From assembly GCA_040954595.2 (NCBI GenBank), contig CM082585.2, forward strand, positions 8,325,404 to 8,389,403: a stretch of DNA of 64,000 nt, read 5' to 3'. Position numbers and translations under genes: made by a program. The notes beneath the pieces are model-generated. The model was not told the DNA's origin. It did no database searches and saw only the letters and a program-made list of their open reading frames with translations. Below, piece by piece: positions 38,201-48,631 of this stretch. Numbering within the stretch: position 1 is the stretch's first letter; the number at the start of each line of letters is the position of its first letter. The stretch is from Balanoglossus misakiensis (lineage: Eukaryota; Animalia; Hemichordata).

Positions 38201-41200
38201 TATGGCAATCACATTATAATGCTTGAACAAAGCTCTACCAACACTGTTACAATAACTGAAGTTTGATAGACTGTGTATTAGTAGCTCGACCATATGTCAA
38301 CAAACGATACTGTGTCGTTGGGGTTGGACTTATGGTTTTCTACCTATGCAGACAATACCCAATTTCAGTCTTGTTTTGTCGCATTGCAACGCATAAAATT
38401 ATACTAATGTACAAGATTAATCATACGTTAATACGTTACTATAATAAAAAACACCCTGTCCAAACCAGGGCTATATTCCATGTCTGTGCGCTCCACAAGC
38501 CGGTGTCTCAATAAAACAAGCGTGGGCTCACTTTTTCGCCTTAATTGATTTCACAGGAAATTGACAATCGTTGAAAACTGACTTCATCAAACCAATAAAT
38601 CGTCCAGGCAAACCAACACAAGAATGCCCATGCGTTCCATTTGTGCGAAAAAAAAAATATTATTTTGAGTGTTGTACTAGATGATTTGCTCAGTGTCCGA
38701 TCTCAACCTTTGTTGGCCCGAAATTAGACAATTTGTATTTTAATACATTTAGAATAAATCCTGTGCCTATGCTTGTGTCATTATATTCAGACTAACACTG
38801 CCTAATAGATGAGGAAAATGTGAGTTTAAGAACGTGCAATATGGTCTGCATATATTAGCACTCGACATTTCATTAATTGAAAAACGTGGGGGTGCTCTGA
38901 AAACAAGGCAATTAATCTTCCAGCCGTCGGGTGGCTTTAATATGCTAATGCGCCACAATAGTCCCACCCACCATACCAGTGTGGGTTGCTGGATGTGTTT
39001 GTTGAGTAAATAAAGACCATGGTTGGTAGGCAGAGAGAGAGGAGAATAGTCATGCTGTATTTTCATCTTAATGTCATGCTCGTCTTGTTGACGCTGTTTT
39101 CGTATTATGATAATGCGCCACAATAGTCCCACCCACCATACCAGTGTGGGTTGCTGGATGTGTTTGTTGAGTAAATAATAACCATGGTTGGTAGGCAGAG
39201 AGATAGGAGAATAGTCATGCTGTATTTTCGTCTTAATGTCATGCTCGTCTTGTTGACGCTGTTTTGAATTATGGGGCGGTCTCATCTGTAGTTTAAAGAA
39301 TGATGTTCATTTCTGTCTCCAAATTATGATAAAATAGTCTCAATGAAAATATCATAAAAACCCTAAGGCGGTCCCAAATGTAAATAATGTATGGTGTTTT
39401 CTCAAATGTTGTAATTTTCAGTAATTATTTTTAATAATTATGTAACAGATGGGCCCACTTCGTGTCCGGACAATGGTTGACATAATTGTTTTCGTGACGT
39501 AACGGTAATTCCATTGAAAATTGCGCTTTTGCACACGACACTGAACAAGTTGCTGTTAATGAAATATAAACAGTGCTAATTGAAACGTTTGAAGCATAAT
39601 ACTAATTACTTTGTGTTGTAAATTAAACATGGTCTATTTTGCTGCAAATGACTTTTATGCTAAATACTTAGTTCATTGTAATTTTGTCTGTTTCTTTTGC
39701 CTGTTAATTAATAAAACCATTAAGGAGGGTGTCAATTATTCAGCAATGAAGAAAAACCAAACATATCATCCTTTTTTGGTCTTGTGAATGCTACATTTCC
39801 TTATTATTAGCCAACAAAGGACTACTTCTTAAGCGAGACTTCCCGGATATTTAAACCTTTCTGCGTACTAGTAACTTTAGTGAACAATTTCATCATCGAG
39901 TAATTTTCCCGCCTTGCCACTGCACCACTTTTTCTTTAGTATTTCCAAATATATAACACGTCTTTTATACACTCAGAACAGCTGTCGACAGAGTATTGTT
40001 AATTTTAAGTGGATGTAGGGAAAATGGGGCGCTCGTTGCGAGTGTTGTTTGCATGAATCCTCCATTCAAAATCGATCGGTACGAAGTCTCTGAAGAGTTT
40101 AATGGAAACTCTGAATTGTGTCAGTAAATTTCCACTGTTGTGCACTTCCTTCTTTTGACGTGGCTTGAGTTCATTGGTCGTCTGTTAAAATGACAATGAT
40201 CATTACACATCTTTGGCGTATTTATGTTGGCAACAGAATCTTGGCGTTATAACTTTTTAATCCAGCAAATAGAACAAATTGTGACTGACGAACATACCAA
40301 AAAGTTACATAAGGATCAAAACTTGCATCTTTTGTCCCTTCAAGTAAACGGTGCGTTGTATAACAGGTGTTTTTGACGGGAAAATGGCAAATGTAACCAA
40401 TCTTGTGATTTTCGGTTTATGTTGTCCGTCGCTATGTCTTCCTGGCCAGTTCTTTCAGGCAACCATAAGTGCACAGAAAATAACCTTAATGGCTATTTTA
40501 CGCGCGTTATTTTCTATTCAAGTGTCGTCGTAAAGTACCGAGTGCCTGCCCTCTTTCGCGATAACATTTGGGTCATGGAAAAGAGATCGCCAACCGTTCA
40601 ATCGATTATCTCGTTTTGCAAATCCACAGGAAAAGCCAAATTAGGGTAATCTTGGGGCACTGTTTGTCCATACATGTAGTTTTCCCCTTCACGTGACTGG
40701 GATTTGTAACCCCCTATAGAGTGTGCGCGAAAATATATTTAAAAGATACTAGTACGTACATTGACATCCAGAACACGTACACGTGTGCCTGATGAAGACA
40801 ATTATTTGTTGACACCGATCAAGACAGTATGATGTCTGTGAATTTTGGTGACGAGGCACTTCCGGTACGGTCTCTCTAAAAAGAGTTAATTCCTGTCATT
40901 TCTGATTTTCGCGGGGGGGGGGGGGGGGGCTGATCGAAAAAAAATCACAAGATCGGTTTATGCAATTTAAAACAATTACATCTCCGTGGCGGAAGGAGAA
41001 CCTGCCCACACCCTTGACGAGACTCAACATGTCACTTCCGCTGACGTCATTCGCGGTGGGACACAGACCGGATGTGACGTTTGCATGTCAGCGACTGCGT
41101 ACTCTGTGTGAATAGAAACCGAAGTCACAGGAAACGATCCATTTCCCTCGGTTTGTGGCTGAAGGTAGGATGGAGGCGATTACCACACCTTGCAAGGCGA

Positions 41201-44200
41201 ATGTTCCCAGTAGAAAGGACATTATAGACCGCCCAGCTGATATGTGAACGTCCGGGAATCACTTCTGTCATTTGCTTTCATTGCTTCCAGCCCACATGAC
41301 AGGAAAACGTCCGTTCATTCACCAACCCACACACTCCTTTCCCCGTGATTTCAAATATCGAAACGACATGACTAATTTAGGCCCATTACGTAGTTGTGAA
41401 GCAAAGGGGAAAACAGTGATAGGAAAAATGATTTCCAACAAATTGTCGTTATCCCTATTCGTCAGCCTACGCTAATCCAAAACCAACCCCTTGTCATACT
41501 AATATAAAAATATAGAGATAAAATACTGTCAGAAGAACATTCCTATCTTTGGAATTTGTTGCCATTTACGCATAGAGACCTCAAAATGTTTCCCACGAGG
41601 ATATTTTCGGCACGTTCAATTGATTTCAATCTGCGGCATAAATTCATTGGTTTAACAGTTTAATGAAACGTTATAATGCAAACTACACAAGGTTGCTTTT
41701 AACTGGTCTAAAAGACCTAGAATCGCGCACTTGGGAGGTTAGTACAAATAAGTCTCTCACGTCACGTCAAGAAACAGCGTAGGCTGGATCGGATGTGTCT
41801 TAAATACAGATGGGAGATCCCAAGACGCACAGGCAACGTCTCAAAGCAAAAGCTTATCTCGAATGGTGACTCCTCTATTACAAATGGATACTAGGGTAGT
41901 TACTCCGCTGGCCTCCCATTCCCAAGATCCAGGCCACCATTCGATTCACGTCGGTCTCCAAATCCGCTGGGAATACTCTGGGACGAACCTCGCTCCAATG
42001 GGACAAGGTGTTTGTACGTCATGCCCTTTTGACTCCCGGGCGGATGTGTGCACGGATGAACTGGCTTTGGCGAAATCGTGATTGCCATATGAATTATCGC
42101 TAGTAGTAGGTTTGTTTTTCCGAAGGAGCGTATGCATCCTAGACATCGCAGCAAAGATAGAGCTGGCCGATGTAAATTAAAAGTGGCAATGCCATGCTCA
42201 GCCAGACAACTACTTTCAGACGAGTCTGCATTACTCAAAGAAAGATTTTGTCGCCAACCTATGCATCCATTGCCATGACTAAGCCATTGCCATGTCTCAC
42301 AAATATTCATGAAGACATATGTTATACACCATATGAAATGCTGTTTTAGGCCAATAATTTTCTAGAATGGTGGGGCATCATTCATGTATATCAGCTGCTG
42401 ACTCATGATGGTTGTAGCTAGGTGATTTCCACTCGTTCGAATTTATCACCTGCGAGCCAAGGAGGTAAATTTCGCAACAAAATCACTGATCAAGCACACG
42501 ACCCTCACGTCACTGTCAGAACTGATGAGGTGCGTACGTCTCTATAGAGTTAAACGCTTTATTGTTCCCCCGTCAGTCACCTGCTTGTTTCCCCATCGAC
42601 TATGTGTGATGCATCTAGGTAATTCGGTCACAAACTTCACATGCGAAACTCGTTCGTGGGACTGTCGGACTGTCTATCCTTCAGGCTGACACAGAGTGTG
42701 AATGTTTCCGTCAGTGAACGTCGCTGGCCAAAGGAATTCATCACTCAGTACACCCTTATAGTTTTGTCACCTCTCGTTGACAGTATTGAATATTCAAATT
42801 TCATCGATTCTATTCTATTCTTACCAGGGGCCTTTGTTCGTGGACTTCGCTCCAATCTGAATATTTTCTGGTTCAGCTGGCCATGGCATTTCGTCAATAG
42901 GCGTGAATATCACCTCCCCTCCCGGGGGTTTGACTAACCCCATCAGTAAATACGCCCCTTGTACACTTGATTTGAACCATAGTTACCATTTGTGTCAAGT
43001 CAAAAATATTTGAGCACGTTCAGACGCAATGCACGTGGCGTGGGTTGAAATGTCGAGTAAGGTTGACGTAAACATCTAGTTTCTCGATTGACAAAGTCAG
43101 TTTTCCTTATATAGAGCATAATACGATATCATACAGGCCAGGTCGTTTTACACGCGCCAGAAATAGAACAGCACATAGAACGCTTAAAAACGAGAGAAAA
43201 GTGTTAAGCTGAAACTTGGTTACGTTTCTATCCCAAGACATTTCCATGGTCATAATTTTATTTCATTCGACCAAATGACATAAACTGCCCCGACCTTTCA
43301 AAGGCATCACACCCGTGAAATAAGATTTTCTTTAGATTTTTCTATAGCTCGACTAAAAATGCAATTCCGTGGTAACACACCAGGGGAATTAGATTTAGCG
43401 ACCACACAAAGAGAAACAACAATCGTGATAAAACTGGATCTGAAAAGGGAACGATTCCCGGAAATTGATTTTCCATGGTGAAAAGCAGGGAATTTCGTGT
43501 GGAGTGCAACACAATCCAATGGTTTGGTGCTGAGATGGTCTTGATGCATGTGGGCTTGCATAATTGATCTCAGTAGAATACTATACAACTATGTATCAAC
43601 TAATGACACGAACATATGGCGGTAATATTTCCTCGAGGGACAAACGCGTCAGGTACACACGAGGTGTACTGATCCCCGTCAGCGCTGAACTTCCGTCTGA
43701 TTGGTCCCTGTAATATTTATAATGTTTCCTTATGTGTTCAGCCGATCCCCTCAATCCCGCTATAAAATTGGATGTTTTGCGATCTCGTGCAGTTGGCGTT
43801 TCCGGAAGTTATTGTCGGCGCCAGGCAATCATCTAAAAACGTTGCCATGGCATCGCTTTTTGACGATATGGAAGCGCACATGACGTCTCGGTAAAAGGCG
43901 CGTATGATAGGAGCCAGCAAAATCAAAATTTTTGAACGACAGATAATTTTCACTTGTTGTGTTGACCATTCACAGAGCCGCAGGAAACAATTTGCCTATG
44001 TTGGTTCATAAGATAGGGTTGCATCGAAATAAATTGCGGCGTCAAGAAACATCGCCGTCTCGATGACGTAGCAACGAAAGAAAGCAGTGAGTTCAATAAC
44101 CTCTGGAAGAACTCAAGGGTCAATTTGCAGTAAACTTAGGGAGCCCGATTTCATCTTTTCAGATTCAATCAGGGATTCCATCATAGGGTTCAATGAAGCG

Positions 44201-45550
44201 GATTCAAATTACGGCACCGCACATTGCACTGATGGAATTATACTGCCGTGTGCGCGGTATTCAACAGTTGGTCGATTTTCAGAAACCTGTTAAGGCATAC
44301 AAGTCTTAATAAGTAGGTTATTTGCAGACACAGCGGGTTTCTATCGAGGTTTTAGGTGTGTTCTGGTTTTTGTGCAAATATACCAAATTAAAAGCCAATT
44401 TACGATTGGCGTACGATCAATTTATATCACAAGGTTTTGTAAAATTGCTTCTCTGTATTTCCTCCACAGTCAAGCCATGCAAAAGTTCAAGACGGCATTC
44501 TATTGCGAGGCGGCTGGCGTGGCAATCCAAACGGGCGATGATGCCCAAGTCTGCGATAAACCTGTGAGGCGGGTCGTCTTCATCAAGACCCACAAAACGG
44601 CTAGCACGACGCTAGCGTCGATAATCGAGAGATACGGGTACTCCCGGTCGCTGTCGTTCGCCCTGGGCAACACAGACCACGTGCTCGCTGACCAGAACCT
44701 CTTCACTCGGAAGATAGTGGAGAAGTCACCCCCTCCCCTCGGGGGAGGGGACAGGGTTTACGACATGTTGACCAACCACGCCAGGTACAACCGACCTGAA
44801 ATGGACGCTGTGGTACCCAGCGCGAAATATTTCACCATTCTGCGCGAGCCGAGCAGTCAGCTCGAATCTGCCTTCTCTTACTTCAGAATGGCGGACAGCC
44901 TTAAACTACAGAACCACTCAAATGCCTTGCAAGTTTTCATGAAGAATCCCCAAAAGTACATGGACACGAAGTTTTTCTTTTGGTGGCAGGCGCGAAACGG
45001 GCAGATCTTTGATCTCGGGCTGGATCACGCCCACCACGATGACGTGTTCACGGTCGACTATAAAATCCGCCAGTTGGAGCATGAAATGGATATCGTGCTA
45101 ATCACGGAACACATCGACGAGAGTTTGCTGTTACTGCGCAGGGCCTTCTGTTGGGACATGGACGACATTCTCTACATCTCGAACAACGTCAGGAGCAAGA
45201 AGCTGAGGTACCGAATGAGCGACTCGCTCAGACGGAAAATGCTGCGCTGGAATTCCGCCGACGTGAAACTCTACGAGCATTTCAATCGGACGTTGTGGAG
45301 GAAGGTAGCCGAGTACGGGCCCAGCTTCCAGACAGACCTGGCGAAGTTCCGCGAGAGGCAACAGGAAGTGCTCGAGGAGTGTGTGGAGATGGAGAAGGCA
45401 ATAGTGCAGAACGATCTAGAAGAGCGGTTCGTCCTGAGAGCGAACGCCTCCACGTTCTGTGAAAATCTATGGAGGGGCGACAAGACTTTCACCACCCTGC
45501 TCCGCGAGCAGCAAACAGAAGGGCGAATACTGAAGAAATCCGAGCACTAG
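32230..45550 (+). CDS. Galactose-3-O-sulfotransferase (GAL3ST/cerebroside sulfotransferase family), 2 exons, ~409 aa
   Basis: Exon 1 (32230-32378) encodes a type II anchor (RWKILIALLCVLVLGLYTFL) and ends in phase 2 (AG|gtgtgt). Exon 2 (44470-45550) starts after ctccacag in the matching phase. It carries the 5'-PSB motif FIKTHKTASTT plus LREP, RNGQIFDLG and WNSADVKLYEHFNRTLW. The catalytic exon is secure; joining it to exon 1 is inferred. Confidence 0.88.
38946..39265. repeat. Tandem duplication with 165-bp period (two ~155-bp copies) in the sulfotransferase intron
   Basis: TAATGCGCCACAATAGTCCCACCCACC...GTTGACGCTGTTTT occurs at 38946-39100 and 39111-39265 with only a few substitutions. Confidence 0.93.
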
Positions 45551-47145
45551 AGGGCGGTGTCGACCAAACCACCGGTATCCACGTGTCACGTAACTGTTGG
45601 CGCCTTTTTGCTCCTCGGTGTAACATGCTGAATCAATGCAATTTCTAGTTCTCTTACTGTCTTGTTGATTTTACAACAAGGAGAGATGTGACTTGTTTTG
45701 GATACCTCCAAATCTAAAACTTGCACCCCAAATGACAACCCTTCTCATTGTTGCAAATTGAGAGGACTTTCTTTTCAAGCAACTACTTTCTTCTTACTGG
45801 ACCCTACTGTGTCGATCGTGGAAACAAACATAGTATTACGTATTTTGAAGGTTACTTTTGTAGTGATAAAAAGGTTCTGGCGGACAGATACAGAGAGAGA
45901 GACCGTCCGATCAGAGTAAAATGTAATGCAAGAAATATCACGTGATTCCTTGATCACAGTACAATATCACCGCCTTCAATTATGTAACAATTTTGACGTC
46001 AGTCAAAATGTAAAAAAACGTCACCTTTTCACATTGTGATTCTTTCGCAACTATTCAGACGTTCGAAAATGTGAGAAGAGGAAGAAAAGAATGCATCCAT
46101 TGCTGTCAAACCAGAGCGACGAAGCACCGTACTTGCCGGTTTTAATATACTTTCGCAAGCCAGTATGACCTTTAAAATCGGTTAATTTAGAACGTCTATG
46201 CAAAATTATGAAAAGCAATTCACCTCAAATAGTGAGTATATGTCCACACTCGGTCAGTATCTGAAATCGGAAACAGGCAAAAATTGACAAATGTTTGAAA
46301 TTTTACCAAAATATTTGCACCGACCCCCTCTTTTCCAGACCCCACCCACCCCTAAACCAAATGGTTCACCCTTTTGACTCTTAGATTGTCTGTAAATGAA
46401 TAAAACATTAACTGTCGCAATAAAATTCTAAATAATAATTTTGGCAATATAATGCACTGCAATTAAGGGGATCATCAGTGGTTTACCAGGGTGATTATTT
46501 CTATATATACATGACAACATTCGATAGTTTCACACGATAAACAAACAAATGATGAGTTGGTGTGTAGCATACTACACTAACGAGTTAAAAAGTAGGGTTA
46601 GTAATGTACAGACGGTAAACAGAACCGTTGCCACCAAGTAGATAAGGAGAACGTAGCATTATCTTGAAATAATAATGTTCCTGATTGGTCGTCAGGCTGT
46701 GAATTTTGCTCCCAGGGGGAGCACTATCAGTTTTCTTTTTGTGACAACCCCGAGTTATTGGCCGAGGAACGCCCTCCATGGTCACATTGGGTATACATGT
46801 GCTGTCTTTGGTCTCAGTTTCGTGTGTGAACGTCGACACCGGTTTTAGACAAAGTTAAATAAATATTTCGTGTTTACAAATTGTAGCTGTATCAAATTCG
46901 TGTTTTCTCATGTCCACAGTGTTCCCAATTGCGCTATTGCCAATTTTATTTTTCTTCTTCTTGATACACTGTAATTGGTGGAGGTGATATCATGTAAATA
47001 TTTACAGAGAGCTATTAAAGATCTTTTGTTAAAATATTTACAATTGCACCCGCGTTCAATATTTCGAACATGGAGTGCGACATTACCGAAAGGATCTGGC
47101 ATGGTGTAAGACTTTCCATTTCTCATATACGTCATCGTCATCATC

Positions 47146-47219
47146 GGCCGGTTAGCTCAGTTGGTTAGAGCGTCGTGCTAATAACGCGAATGTCGCGGGT
47201 TCGAGCCCCGTACTGGCCA
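47146..47219 (+). tRNA. tRNA-Ile (anticodon AAT)
   Basis: GGCCGGTTAGCTCAGTTGGTTAGAGCGTCGTGCTAATAACGCGAATGTCGCGGGTTCGAGCCCCGTACTGGCCA folds as a full cloverleaf with intact A and B boxes. A T5 Pol III terminator follows at 47223. Confidence 0.97.
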
Positions 47220-47530
47220 TACTTTTTGTTTTAGATTTCTACCTTTTTTTCCCTGAAAGAGTCGGAAAGACCCCTGACAAGCTACCACACACAAAGGAAA
47301 ACAGATAACAATAAATGTTTATCCATTGGTATTTTTTGTTTTATTTATAATCAAATTATAATCTACCTTGAATTATACAGATTAACCAGTGCTACATTGC
47401 CTGATTATTATTTACAAACATCTTCCAAATGTAAATCACAGGTACCTATATATGTAAAGCACGTATGATTGGCCTGAGAAAATATTGATAAATCTGTCTA
47501 CTGTGCCACGTGGAACTGCTATCTATGATT

Positions 47531-48600
47531 TCACTGAAAGAAGCTGAACAGCACAGCTATTCCCATAATTCCAAGCAACGCCATCTCCTTCCCATATCCG
47601 GTCACAGCGCCCGCAGCGACGCGAGACTCGTCATCCAGGTCCACCCAGGCGACCTCAAAGCTGCTGGAACAGCCCATGTACGACCCCACCTCAGCGCGCT
47701 CTTCGGATTCCGTCATGTTGCCATAGTGACAGATTCTGTAGACACCGGCTTGGGCGTCGTACGGTATATCCCAGATGATTTCCGCGATGCTGGAACCGGT
47801 GCCCGGAAGTCCCACAGTCATGTTGTCCGTAATATTCAGCCCCGGCGTTTCCGGTGGTTCCACGGTAGGCTTGATAAATGGCGGCAAATTGGGGAAGATT
47901 TCCCTGAGTTTGTCCATCAGGTCGTTGACGTATCGTCTGCTCTGGACTAGCCAGTTGTATCTGCGGGGAAAATGGGAAATGTCATTATAATATGAAGTAC
48001 ACTATATGTTGACTGTTGTTGTTGCTATAGAAAAAGCTTTCAAAACTGAAGTGTCACCCATATGATGTTGTTGTTTCAACCATATTGTTGATGATGCAAT
48101 GATTACAGCTAGTCAGAGTGTCTGTATTTTGAGCCACTGTTTTCTCTACTAACGCACTGACATTGACAAAGGTGTAACAGTGTAGCTGCGGGATTACCTG
48201 GTGCACCAGTCCCCATCTGTGTGGACTACTTCCCAATCGAACGTCTCAGTGGACCTCAAGACCTCAAGGAATGTGTCTTCTTGCTGATTACAGTGGGGAT
48301 AAAAACACAACAGAATGTCAATACATATATGATCTAACACACTGAGCAGCAAATATTATATAGTTGGCGATACTTTCAAATGTCTTTCATTTAACTGGAT
48401 GGAATGAAATTATTTATCACCTTCAGGTCGTTTCTTGGGTTACCGGCTTGAAAACTGACATTGACTCGATCTCCCTGTGAACAAAGTAGAATTGATTACA
48501 ATTTCTGGTAGACCTTTGTCTTGTCTGTGTGATTACTGTACATGTCGAATTCTTTATACCTATACCTGTCTGCTTGTACATACATACATACATACATACA

Positions 48601-48631
<31 letters not shown>

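Noticed and set aside
44372-44469. N-terminal extension of the sulfotransferase ORF
   Set aside because: It begins at a non-ATG codon and lies upstream of a clear acceptor (ctccacag, 44469), so it is intronic.
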